Source: Desulfobacterales bacterium
GTDB lineage: Bacteria > Desulfobacterota > Desulfobacteria > Desulfobacterales > JAEINQ01
DNA: 64,000 nt
NCBI GenBank assembly: GCA_016342285.1
Contig: JAEINQ010000027.1
Location: forward strand, 7,841 to 71,840
Direction: 5' to 3'
The notes under the pieces were generated by a model, which saw only the letters and a program-made list of their open reading frames with translations, searched no databases and was not told the origin of the DNA. Of this stretch, positions 21,287-30,347 are shown one piece after another (the stretch's first letter is position 1; every line of letters starts with the position of its first letter). Position numbers and translations under genes: made by a program.

Positions 21287-22396
21287 ATGAAGGTTGACGG
21301 AAAGAACGTCCGGCCCATCTGGCTGGACGAACCGACGGACACGGTCAAAATCATCGACCAGCGGCTGCTTCCCCACGAATTTACCGTGATCGACCTGGCC
21401 ACCGTGGACGACGCCATCATGGCCATCGCGGACATGGCGGTGCGAGGGGCGCCGCTGATCGGCGCCACCGGTGCCTGGGGGGTCTTCCTGGCTGCACGCG
21501 CGGCCAAAGAGAGCGAGGCCGGGATCAAGACCTTTGCTTTGGACTGTCAACGGCTCAAGGCGGCCCGACCGACGGCGGTCAACCTGGCCTGGGCCGTGGA
21601 CCGGGTCGTGGCAAGGGTCCGGAACCTGGAATCGGGCGCTGACCGGGTCGACACCGCCCGCGTCGAGGCAGCGGCCATCGCCGAAGAGGAAGCGGAAAAC
21701 TGCCGCCTCATCGGCGTTCACGGCCTGCCTCTGATCCAGGCCCTGAGCCGGGCAAAGGACGGGGCCCCCGTCAACCTGCTGACCCACTGCAATGCCGGAT
21801 GGCTGGCCTGCGTGGAATGGGGCACGGCCACGGCACCCATGTACGCGGCCTTTGATGCCGGCATCGACATTCACGTGTGGGTGGACGAAACCCGCCCGTT
21901 GAACCAGGGAGCCCGGCTCACCGCCTGGGAGCTGGGAAAATACGGCATTGCTCACACGGTCATCACCGACAACGCCGGCGGGCATCTCATGCAACACGGC
22001 CTGGTGGACATGGTCATTGTGGGCACCGACCGCACCACCTACACCGGAGACGTGGCCAACAAGATCGGTACCTATCTCAAGGCTCTGGCCGCCAGGGACA
22101 ACGGCCTTCCCTTTTACGTGGCTCTGCCGTCGAGCACGTTTGATTGGACCCTGACCGACGGGGTGGCCGAAATCCCCATCGAGACCCGGGACCCCGATGA
22201 GGTCCGCATGATTCAGGGTCTCGACCAGGAAAAGATCCGCCAGGTACTGATCCCGCCCGAGACAAGCCCGGCGCGAAACGACGCCTTCGACGTCACACCG
22301 GCCCGTCTGGTAACCGGTTTTATCACCGAACGGGGGGTCTGTGCGGCCAGTGAGGCGGAAATTTTGAGCCTTTTTCCTGAGAAGAGAAACGGATGA
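21287..22396 (+). CDS. mtnA: S-methyl-5-thioribose-1-phosphate isomerase (eIF-2B alpha/beta/delta family)
   Basis: 369 aa. [11 protein letters not shown]...[16 protein letters not shown]...[38 protein letters not shown]. Confidence 0.85.
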   Translation: MKVDGKNVRPIWLDEPTDTVKIIDQRLLPHEFTVIDLATVDDAIMAIADMAVRGAPLIGATGAWGVFLAARAAKESEAGIKTFALDCQRLKAARPTAVNLAWAVDRVVARVRNLESGADRVDTARVEAAAIAEEEAENCRLIGVHGLPLIQALSRAKDGAPVNLLTHCNAGWLACVEWGTATAPMYAAFDAGIDIHVWVDETRPLNQGARLTAWELGKYGIAHTVITDNAGGHLMQHGLVDMVIVGTDRTTYTGDVANKIGTYLKALAARDNGLPFYVALPSSTFDWTLTDGVAEIPIETRDPDEVRMIQGLDQEKIRQVLIPPETSPARNDAFDVTPARLVTGFITERGVCAASEAEILSLFPEKRNG

Positions 22397-22403
22397 AAAG
22401 AAC

Positions 22404-22493
22404 GTGTTTGGTGTTTTGTTTTTGGTGTTTCGGCCCGCAACTTCAGCGTTGAATCAATGGGCCATCCAAACACAAAATACCAAACACCAAACA
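22404..22493. repeat. About 90-bp hairpin repeat (GTGTTTGG-type arms)
   Basis: gtgtttggtgttttgtttttggtgttt ... aaacacaaaataccaaacaccaaacac; imperfect 27-bp inverted arms around a 35-nt loop. Confidence 0.8.
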
Positions 22494-22538
22494 CGAATCC
22501 CCCTTGACAATTGGCCCCGGAGCCCCTTAAATCGCCCC

Positions 22539-23021
22539 ATGCTGACCGAACTGGAAAAAAAGATCATCGCCTCCATTCAGGGGGATATGGAGATCACCGA
22601 ACGCCCTTATCAAAAGATCGCCGATGACCTCGGCATCAGCCAGGCCCTGCTTCTTGACACCCTTCAGGGCTTGTGCGACCGGGGCGTCATCCGTCGCTTC
22701 GGGGCCACCTTGAGGCACCAGAAGTCCGGCTACAAGGCCAACGCCATGGTGGCATGGCAGGTGCCCGAAGAGCGGGTGGCGGACGTAGGGCAAGCCATGG
22801 CCGGCTTTAACCAGGTGTCTCACTGCTATCGCCGCGACCCCTCAGCCGACTGGCCGTACAACCTCTATACCATGGTTCACGCCGCCAGCGAGACGACCTG
22901 CCGCGAGACCGTCCGCAAAATGGCCCAAAAGACCGGCGTCGACCGATACAGCCTGCTGTTCAGCCGGCAAGAGTTGAAGAAAACCTCCATGACCTACTTT
23001 CCCTCCGATGAAGAAGACTGA
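22539..23021 (+). CDS. Lrp/AsnC-like siroheme-decarboxylase-family protein (AhbA/AhbB/NirDLGH-like), single copy
   Basis: True start is MLTELEKKIIASIQGDMEITERPYQKIADDLGIS... (ATG at 22539). C-terminal half ...NAMVAWQVPEERV...VSHCYRR...WPYNLYTMVHA...SRQELKKTSMTYF is typical of that family. Confidence 0.75.
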   Translation: MLTELEKKIIASIQGDMEITERPYQKIADDLGISQALLLDTLQGLCDRGVIRRFGATLRHQKSGYKANAMVAWQVPEERVADVGQAMAGFNQVSHCYRRDPSADWPYNLYTMVHAASETTCRETVRKMAQKTGVDRYSLLFSRQELKKTSMTYFPSDEED

Positions 23022-24372
23022 ACCGGGCAGCGACCCCCACATTCTTCTGGTCAATCCCTGGATCCATGATTTCGCCGCCTATGATGTCTGGGCCAAGCCC
23101 CTGGGCCTGCTTCAGTTGGCGGCCATATTGCGCCTTCACGGCTTTCGGGTCTCCTACGTCGACTGCCTGGATCGGTTCCACCCCAAAGGGGGGCACCCGC
23201 CGTTTCCGCGAGCCCGACAGGGGCGCGGACCGTACCTGAAAACACCCGTTCCCAATCCGCCGGGATTGGAAGACATACCGCGGACGTTCAGCCGCTACGG
23301 CATCGCGCCCCAGTGGTTGTCCGAGGATCTGGCCGCACTTTCGCCGCCGGACCTGGTCCTGGTCACCTCCCTGATGACCTATTGGTACCCGGGGGTGGCC
23401 GAGACCATCGCCGTCATTCGCCGCGCCTTCCCCCGGGCACCCATCCTCCTGGGAGGGATCTACGCCACCCTCTGTCCGGACCACGCCGCTGCCTGCTGCG
23501 GTGCGGACCGGGTGGTCACGGGCATGGCCGAGTCGGCTATCCTGTCCCTGGCGGCCGAATATACCGGCCGCAACCCCTCCCTGCGATTCGATCCCCAGAA
23601 CATGGACACCTGGCCCTACCCGGCCCTGGACCTGGAACGGCAAATCCCCCATGTGCCGCTGCTCACCTCCCGGGGGTGCCCCTTTTCCTGCGACTATTGC
23701 GCCTCGGGCTACATCAACCCTGTCCGAATGCGCCGAAGCCCGGCGTCGGTGGTGGAAGAGATCCGATACTGGCACGAAGCCTTCGGGGTGATCGATTTCG
23801 CCTTCTACGACGACGCCCTGCTGATCGACGCCGACCGCCATGTGGTGCCAATGCTGGAGCAGATCGTGGCCGCCGGCCTGCCGGTTCGGTTTCACACCCC
23901 CAACGCCCTGCACATCCGCCGCATCACCGCCGAAGTGGCCCGTCTAATGTTCGCCGCTGGCTTTGCCACCCTTCGCCTCGGCCTGGAAACAACGGCCGCG
24001 GACCGGCGGCGGCAAATGGACGGCAAGGTCGAGCAGGCCGAGTTCGTTGAGGCTGTGGCCCACTTGAAACGCGCCGGCTTTACCGGCGACCGGATCGGCG
24101 CTTACCTGCTGGCCGGTCTGCCCGGCCAGCCCCTGGCTGAGGTGGAAGCGTCAATCCGCCTGGTTCGAGACTGCGGCATCACCCCCATACCGGCCTACTA
24201 CACCCCCATTCCCCACACGGCCATGTGGGAAAAAGCGAAAGCCGCCTCGCGCTACGATCTGGAAAAAGATCCTGTATTTACCAACAACGCGGTCTGCCCC
24301 TGCAGCAAGGATCCTTTTTCCTGGGCACCCCTGACCCGGCTCAAGCAACTGGTCCGGGGCGACATGCCATGA
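23008..24372 (+). CDS. B12-binding-domain radical SAM protein (BchE/methyltransferase-like class)
   Basis: 454 aa. HILLVNPWIHDFAAYDVWAKPLGLLQLAAILRLHGFRVSYVD (B12-like N-domain), TSRGCPFSCDYCAS (CxxxCxxC). 14-nt overlap with the upstream gene. Confidence 0.85.
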   Translation: MKKTEPGSDPHILLVNPWIHDFAAYDVWAKPLGLLQLAAILRLHGFRVSYVDCLDRFHPKGGHPPFPRARQGRGPYLKTPVPNPPGLEDIPRTFSRYGIAPQWLSEDLAALSPPDLVLVTSLMTYWYPGVAETIAVIRRAFPRAPILLGGIYATLCPDHAAACCGADRVVTGMAESAILSLAAEYTGRNPSLRFDPQNMDTWPYPALDLERQIPHVPLLTSRGCPFSCDYCASGYINPVRMRRSPASVVEEIRYWHEAFGVIDFAFYDDALLIDADRHVVPMLEQIVAAGLPVRFHTPNALHIRRITAEVARLMFAAGFATLRLGLETTAADRRRQMDGKVEQAEFVEAVAHLKRAGFTGDRIGAYLLAGLPGQPLAEVEASIRLVRDCGITPIPAYYTPIPHTAMWEKAKAASRYDLEKDPVFTNNAVCPCSKDPFSWAPLTRLKQLVRGDMP

Positions 24373-25337
24373 CCATTCGAAAAACCATCGTCAAATCGGT
24401 TCGAATCACCGCTGTCTCCATTTTTCTGGTCGTCTGGACGACCCTGGCGTCAGCCCCTGGCCAGGCTGCCGGACTGAAGATCGCCCTGCTCCCCATCGTT
24501 GACAGCCTCCCTTTTTATGTGGCCGCCGCCCAGGGCTACTTCAAGGAAGCGGGCATGCCGATTACCGCCCTGCCGGTGGACAGCGCCCTGGAACGCGACC
24601 AGCTCATGCAGGCCGGAGCCGTCGACGGCGCACTCAACGAGATGATCGCCGTGGCCAATGTCAATCGGGAGACCGTCCAGGTCAAGGTGATCGGCGTGGC
24701 CCGAAAGGCCCGGCCCGGGGTTCCCCTGTTTCGCCTGCTGGCAGCGCCAGGCAGCGGGTTGAGCCGGCCGACCCACCTGGCCGGAGTCCCCATCGGCGTC
24801 TCTGCCCACACCACCAGCGAATACGTCACCGACCGGGTTCTGGTTGCCCTGGGACTGCCGCCCCAACGCATTGAAAAGAAATCGGTGCCGTCAATTCCCG
24901 AGCGGTATCAACGGCTGCTTCAGGGGCAAATTCGTGCGGCCACCCTGCCCGACCCCCTGGCCCTGAGCGCCATCCGGGCCGGCGCCATCGAGGTGGTCAA
25001 CGACAGCTCCTTTTCCCGATACAGTTTCAGCGTGCTGAGCTTCACCGACAGGGCCCTCGGGGAAAAGGCCGACGCAGTAAGGATTTTCCTGGCCGGCTGG
25101 TACCGGGCAGCGGCCGACATCAACGCCGATTCCGAGGCATTCCGCCCCCTGGTCATGAAGCATATCCGCGTGCCGGGCAACATTGGCAACACCTTCCGCG
25201 TGCCGCCCTTCCCCAAAGCCGGTGTCCCGGACGCAGGCCAGTGGGCCGATGTCATGGACTGGATGACGGCCAGGGGGCTCATCGACAAGCCGGTCTCCTA
25301 TGAAGGGTCGGTGACCGACGCGTATCTGCCCCGATAG
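24369..25337 (+). CDS. Periplasmic NMT1/SsuA/TauA-like substrate-binding protein, orphan
   Basis: ATGA overlap with the radical SAM stop. Signal peptide MTIRKTIVKSVRITAVSIFLVVWTTLASAPGQAAG, then LKIALLPIVDSLPFYVAAAQGYFKEAG. No permease or ATPase gene adjacent. Confidence 0.8.
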   Translation: MTIRKTIVKSVRITAVSIFLVVWTTLASAPGQAAGLKIALLPIVDSLPFYVAAAQGYFKEAGMPITALPVDSALERDQLMQAGAVDGALNEMIAVANVNRETVQVKVIGVARKARPGVPLFRLLAAPGSGLSRPTHLAGVPIGVSAHTTSEYVTDRVLVALGLPPQRIEKKSVPSIPERYQRLLQGQIRAATLPDPLALSAIRAGAIEVVNDSSFSRYSFSVLSFTDRALGEKADAVRIFLAGWYRAAADINADSEAFRPLVMKHIRVPGNIGNTFRVPPFPKAGVPDAGQWADVMDWMTARGLIDKPVSYEGSVTDAYLPR

Positions 25338-25490
25338 ATTTGCTGGCGCAAATCTATGAAGCGCGGCTTCGCCGCTATTTGATTCTCTATTTTGCCATTG
25401 AAGCGCCCGAACGCCGGGTTAACTGTTTTCAGGCCAGGGAGAAGTGATGATTGTCTATTTTCAGAAACCACCGAGAAGAAATGGTTTGAA

Positions 25491-25563
25491 ACCACACGAA
25501 GCACACAAAGAAGAAATGGTTTCTTCGATATTGTGGCCTTTGTGCCTTGGTGCCTTTGTGGTT
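25491..25563. repeat. Repeat family F hairpin (CACAAAG arms), copy F1
   Basis: accacacgaagcacacaaagaag...cctttgtgccttggtgcctttgtggt. Confidence 0.8.
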
Positions 25564-25598
25564 AATCCAAAGCATCAATTACCGCAAAGAGCCACATC

Positions 25599-26300
25599 AT
25601 GATGAAGCCGACCGACCACGGCAAAACGATCCAGGCCATGTTCAGCGGCATCGCCGGCCGATACGATCTGGTGAACCGGCTCATGACCCTGGGCCGGGAT
25701 GCAGCCTGGCGCCGCTCGGTGGTGATCGCAGCCGGGCTCCCGCCGGGCGGACGCCTTCTGGACATCGGTACCGGCACAGGGGCTATCGCCACCGAAGCCC
25801 TGGGCCGGGACCCGGCCGCAACGGCGGTCGGGGCCGATTTTACGATCGACATGATGCGGGCGGGAAAAAGCGGAGACCTTGGCCGGCGCATTCTCTGGTG
25901 CGCCGCCGACGCCGTCGGCCTCCCCTTTGCCGACAACACCTTTGACGCCGTCACCTCGGGCTACCTGATTCGAAACGTCACCGATCCCCTGGCAGCCTTT
26001 GGTGAACAGGTCCGGGTGGTCCGACCCGGCGGCCGGGTGGTCTGCCTGGACACATCCCCGCCGCCGAAAAACCTCATTTACCCTTGCCTGACCTTTTTTC
26101 TCAGTCGTGTCATCCCTTTTTTGGGGGAACGGATTTCAGGAGACCGGGACGCCTACACCTACCTGCCCGAGTCGACACGGAAGTTCATGAGTCCCGAAAC
26201 CCTGGCCCGGGTCATGGCCCGGGCCGGAATGATCCAAATCCGTTACCAGGGGTTCATGTTCGGCACCATGTGTGTGCACCAGGGGACCAAACCAAAATAA
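25599..26300 (+). CDS. ubiE: Demethylmenaquinone/ubiquinone C-methyltransferase
   Basis: 233 aa. FSGIAGRYDLVNRLMTLGRDAAWRR, SAM motif LDIGTGTG, GGRVVCLD. Confidence 0.85.
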   Translation: MMKPTDHGKTIQAMFSGIAGRYDLVNRLMTLGRDAAWRRSVVIAAGLPPGGRLLDIGTGTGAIATEALGRDPAATAVGADFTIDMMRAGKSGDLGRRILWCAADAVGLPFADNTFDAVTSGYLIRNVTDPLAAFGEQVRVVRPGGRVVCLDTSPPPKNLIYPCLTFFLSRVIPFLGERISGDRDAYTYLPESTRKFMSPETLARVMARAGMIQIRYQGFMFGTMCVHQGTKPK

Positions 26301-26483
26301 ATAGGGATGCTTGAAGAAATAAAGCATTTCTTTTACACCCCTTACATACTTTTCGTGAATCCACAAATAAAGACGGTTTTGCTTTTTCCCCCGGTTCCGT
26401 GTAAGAAATAGCATTCGCCACATGGGAGGTTAAAATCCGCCAACCCAAAAGCCAAAGGCCGAAACAAGCAGGAGAGAATCGAC

Positions 26484-27779
26484 ATGGATATTCAACAGGC
26501 CGCCGCCCGCGCCAAAGAGGCCGCCATTCGACTGGCCGCCGTGAAAACCGACGTAAAGAACCTTGCGCTGACGAAAATCGCCAAAGCGCTGGAAGAAAGA
26601 GCGGAAGAGATCGTCGCCGCCAACCGGGCCGACCTGGCACGTGCGGAAACGGAACAGCTGGCCGCGCCCCTGCTCAAACGGCTTCGGTTCGATGCCGACA
26701 AGATCGCCGAGGCCTGTACCGGTATCATGAGCCTTGTCGCCCTGCCCGACCCGGTGGGCATCACCTTAAGCGCCACGGAACTCGACGCGGGCCTGGAGCT
26801 CTATCGCGTGAGCTGCCCCATCGGGGTAATCGGGGTCATCTTCGAATCGCGCCCCGACGCCCTGGTACAGATCTCCTCCCTGTGCCTGAAAAGCGGCAAC
26901 GCCGCGCTGCTCAAGGGCGGCAGCGAGGCGGTGGAAACCAACCGGATCCTGGCCGGGATCATCAACGCGGCCGCCATTGAAGCCGGTATTCCCGGCGGCT
27001 GGCTGGCCCTGCTGGAGACCCGGGACCAGGTGGCCGAGATGCTGGCCATGGACGAATCCATCGACCTGATCGTCCCCCGGGGAAGCAACGCCTTTGTCAA
27101 GCATATCATGGACAACACCAACATCCCGGTGCTGGGGCATGCCGACGGCATCTGCCACGTCTATGTGGACAAGGGGGCGGATCTGGATATGGCCGAAAGG
27201 ATCGTCGTGGACAGCAAGTGCCAGTATGTCGCAGTCTGCAACGCCGCCGAGACCATTTTGGTCCACCAGGCAGTTGCCGCCGCTTTTTTGCCGCAAATGA
27301 AAAAGGCATTGGAAGAAAAAGGGGTGGCGATCCGCGGCTGTGAAAAGACCCGGGAGGTCATCGACGTTGCCGCGGCCACCGAAGCGGACTGGGCCACGGA
27401 GTATCTCGATACCATCGTATCGGTGCGGGTGGTGAAGAGCATGGATGCGGCCATGGCCCACATCAACCGTTACGGCTCGGGCCACACCGACGTGATCGTT
27501 TCCGCCGACCGGGCAAGGGGAATCCGGTTCATGGATTACGTGGACTCGGGCGACGTCTTTTTCAACTGCTCCAGCCGCTTTTCCGACGGATTCCGCTACG
27601 GCCTGGGAGCCGAAGTCGGCATCAGCACCAACAAAATCCATGCCCGGGGTCCCGTGGGCCTTGAAGGCCTGATGATCTACCAGTGGCGGATGATGGGCAC
27701 CGGCCAGATCGTGGCCGACTATGCCTGCGACAACGCCCGCCCCTTTACCCACCGGAAACTGGAAAAAGATTTCAGATAG
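26484..27779 (+). CDS. proA: Glutamate-5-semialdehyde dehydrogenase (gamma-glutamyl phosphate reductase)
   Basis: 431 aa. N-terminus MDIQQAAARAKEAAIRLAAV..., ...GVIGVIFESRPDA...LKGGSEA...CNAAETILVH... GGAGAGAA SD. Confidence 0.9.
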   Translation: MDIQQAAARAKEAAIRLAAVKTDVKNLALTKIAKALEERAEEIVAANRADLARAETEQLAAPLLKRLRFDADKIAEACTGIMSLVALPDPVGITLSATELDAGLELYRVSCPIGVIGVIFESRPDALVQISSLCLKSGNAALLKGGSEAVETNRILAGIINAAAIEAGIPGGWLALLETRDQVAEMLAMDESIDLIVPRGSNAFVKHIMDNTNIPVLGHADGICHVYVDKGADLDMAERIVVDSKCQYVAVCNAAETILVHQAVAAAFLPQMKKALEEKGVAIRGCEKTREVIDVAAATEADWATEYLDTIVSVRVVKSMDAAMAHINRYGSGHTDVIVSADRARGIRFMDYVDSGDVFFNCSSRFSDGFRYGLGAEVGISTNKIHARGPVGLEGLMIYQWRMMGTGQIVADYACDNARPFTHRKLEKDFR

Positions 27780-27891
27780 AACACTATCTGACAGAACGCA
27801 AAGGTCCTGGCCTCGGTCCGCACGAGACGCCGGGATCTTTTTTTTCAGGTTGACATGGCGGCAAAAAGAGAGTCTAAAATGAATTCTTAAA

Positions 27892-28542
27892 TTGAAACAA
27901 TGTTTCATTTTACCCCATAACCGTTGGCTACCCTTCGTGAACCCAGACAAAAACCCACCGACGCGACCGCTCGTTCCGCAAAAGCTCAAAGAGCGCCTCT
28001 ATCCGGTGGTGCTCGACTTTTTTGCCGAGAACGACTTTCACCAGGTCAACATTCGCAAAATCAGCCAGGTCTCGGGCCTGAGCACCGGCACCATCTACAA
28101 GTATTTTCGGAGTAAGGAAGAGCTGATTCTCGATATTCTTGAAGAGAAGATCGAGGAATTGAAACAACTCACCCGCTTTCATCTCCAGGGACTGGAGAGT
28201 ACCCGGGAAAAATTCCGAAAAGCCTTCTGGGTGCTCATGGACTACTACGACCGGAATCCGGGGCTGGCCATCACCTTTTTCATCACCGTTCCCACCCGCA
28301 CCTGGATGCAGCGCGAATCCTACGCCCGCTACGATGTCCATGACATCGTCAGCGCCATCGCAGGAATCGGCCGGAAGCGTGGAGACATTGATCCCGACCT
28401 GACCGACGCCCAGATTACCGGCCTCTATTTCATGCACTGCCACCGGGAGGTCACCATCTGGTACTACCGGGGAATGCAATGGAAACTGGTCGATGCCATC
28501 GACAGGTTCTTCCCGTTGTTCTGGAAGGCGGTCGCGGCCTGA
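27892..28542 (+). CDS. TetR/AcrR-family transcriptional repressor
   Basis: HTH FHQVNIRKISQVSGLSTGTIYKYFRSKEEL. The track start is a TTG inside the operator. The GTG at 27937 (VNPDKNPP...) is a more plausible start. Confidence 0.85.
   Translation: MKQCFILPHNRWLPFVNPDKNPPTRPLVPQKLKERLYPVVLDFFAENDFHQVNIRKISQVSGLSTGTIYKYFRSKEELILDILEEKIEELKQLTRFHLQGLESTREKFRKAFWVLMDYYDRNPGLAITFFITVPTRTWMQRESYARYDVHDIVSAIAGIGRKRGDIDPDLTDAQITGLYFMHCHREVTIWYYRGMQWKLVDAIDRFFPLFWKAVAA
27893..27907. promoter_or_regulatory. TetR operator O1 (perfect palindrome)
   Basis: TGAAACA-A-TGTTTCA, just downstream of a TTGACA...TAAAAT promoter-like pair at about 27849-27881. Confidence 0.6.
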
Positions 28543-28586
28543 ATGCCCTTCATGTAATAGCATCAAAAGTTTATATTGACTTAATA

Positions 28587-28631
28587 TGAAACAATGTTTT
28601 ACATGTGGCCGCATAATAAAACATTGTTTCA
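28587..28631. promoter_or_regulatory. TetR operators O2 and O3 upstream of the acyl-CoA synthetase operon
   Basis: TGAAACAATGTTTTA (28587-28601) and TAAAACATTGTTTCA (28617-28631); same half-site as O1. Confidence 0.6.
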
Positions 28632-28643
28632 CGCAAAGAATGC

Positions 28644-28680
28644 TGGCCCACAGGACGTGAATTTCTATTTCGAATTAAAG
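28644..28680 (+). repeat. Family A repeat, 3' part (copy A5), fused to the ribosome-binding site
   Basis: tggcccacaggacgtgaatttctatttcgaattaaag, followed directly by GAGG ccac ATG of the next gene. Confidence 0.7.
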
Positions 28681-28688
28681 GAGGCCAC

Positions 28689-30347
28689 ATGACCGAGATG
28701 CTGTCCTACCAGAAATACGATCCGGCCTGGGGCGCCCGCCCCATCCCCACACCCCCTGAACAACCGGTATTTGAAATCCTGCGGGACACCGCAAAAAAAT
28801 GGCCTGAAAAGGATGCCGTTATCTTCCTTCACCACCGGCTCAGCTACGCGGATCTGGACCGACTCAGCGACCGGTTTGCCGCATACCTGGCAGGCCTGGG
28901 CCTGCAAAAAGGCGACCGTGTGGCCACCATGCTGCCCAACTGCACCCAGCAGATCATCGCCATCTACGGCATTCTCAAGGCCGGATGCGTCATGGTCCCT
29001 TTCAACGTCATGTTAAAGGGGCAGGAAATTCAATACATTCTCGAAGAATCCGAGGCCCGGGCCATCGTCTGCCTCGACCTGGTTTTTCCCATGGTCCAAC
29101 CCGTGGCCCAAGCCCTTGGATTGGAACAGATCGTCACGGTCCACGCCAAAGACTTTTCAGAAGCCTCCGCCAACATTCCGCTGCTGCTGTCCGGCGACAA
29201 GCAGGCGGTGGACGGGGCCGAGGACTTCATGGACGTCATCGGTATGGATCGTGGAAAAGCGCCCCGGATCCAAATCGACCCGAAACAGGATCTGGCCTGC
29301 CTGCTATATACCTCCGGCACCACCGGATTCCCCAAGGGCGCCATGATCACCCACCACAACTACAACCATGTGGCCGCTCTGGTGGCCAGCGGCCTGGATG
29401 TCCGCGAAACCGACGTCCTCTACCTGCTTTTTCCCCTTTTTCACGTAGGCGGCCAGGCCCTGATCCTCTTCCCGGCCGTTCTGGCCGGCGCCACCTGTAT
29501 GCCCATCCCCATGTTCGACGCCGGAGACCTGCTGGAATCGATCCAGCATTTTGGCCTCACCTTTGGCTTTGCCCCGCCCACCGCTTATATCGGGCTGCTC
29601 AACCACCCTGAATTTGACCGGTTCGACCTGTCGAGCCTACGCATGACCGCGGCCAGCGGGGCCCCGGTGCCGGCAGCCCTTCAGGCTGAATGGCAGGAAA
29701 AAGTCGGCACCTATCTCTTTGCCGGCTACGGCTGCACGGAATCAACGGCAGCCGGTCCGGGCGCCATGGAAATGGCCCACAAGAGAAACCCGGGCACCGG
29801 CACCCTGGGGGTGACCACCGGAGAGATACGGGTGGTGGATGAAAAGGGGAACACCGTCCCCCGGGGAACGGTGGGCGAATTCCACCTTCGGGGCGAAGGG
29901 ATCGCCCAAGGCTACTGGAAAAAGCCCGAGGAAACAAAAAAATGTTTCCTCGAAGACGGATGGTGGGCCACCGGTGACGCCGGAACCATGGACGAGGACG
30001 GTTTTCTCTTTTTCGTTGAACGGATCAAGGATCTCATCGTCGCTTCCGGCTACAACATCGCTCCGGCAGAAGTGGAAAATTACCTCTACCAGCACCCGGC
30101 CGTTCAGGAGGCCGCTGTGGTAGGGGTGCCCGATGAATACCGCGGAGAAACGGTCAAGGCCTTTGTGGTACTCCGAGAAGAAGCCAAAGGAAAAGTGACC
30201 GAAGATGATATCATCGCCTTTGGAAAGGAGAAAATGGCTGCTTACAAAGCGCCCAAGCGGGTGGAATTCATCGACGAGCTGCCCAAAAACATCACCGGCA
30301 AGGTCCTTCGCCGGGTGCTCAGGGAAAGAGAGGTCGAGGAGAAATAG
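28689..30347 (+). CDS. AMP-forming acyl-CoA synthetase/ligase
   Basis: 552 aa. LLYTSGTTGFPKGA, GYGCTE, TGDAGTMDEDGFLFFVERIKD, ...KNITGKVLRR. Confidence 0.9.
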   Translation: MTEMLSYQKYDPAWGARPIPTPPEQPVFEILRDTAKKWPEKDAVIFLHHRLSYADLDRLSDRFAAYLAGLGLQKGDRVATMLPNCTQQIIAIYGILKAGCVMVPFNVMLKGQEIQYILEESEARAIVCLDLVFPMVQPVAQALGLEQIVTVHAKDFSEASANIPLLLSGDKQAVDGAEDFMDVIGMDRGKAPRIQIDPKQDLACLLYTSGTTGFPKGAMITHHNYNHVAALVASGLDVRETDVLYLLFPLFHVGGQALILFPAVLAGATCMPIPMFDAGDLLESIQHFGLTFGFAPPTAYIGLLNHPEFDRFDLSSLRMTAASGAPVPAALQAEWQEKVGTYLFAGYGCTESTAAGPGAMEMAHKRNPGTGTLGVTTGEIRVVDEKGNTVPRGTVGEFHLRGEGIAQGYWKKPEETKKCFLEDGWWATGDAGTMDEDGFLFFVERIKDLIVASGYNIAPAEVENYLYQHPAVQEAAVVGVPDEYRGETVKAFVVLREEAKGKVTEDDIIAFGKEKMAAYKAPKRVEFIDELPKNITGKVLRRVLREREVEEK

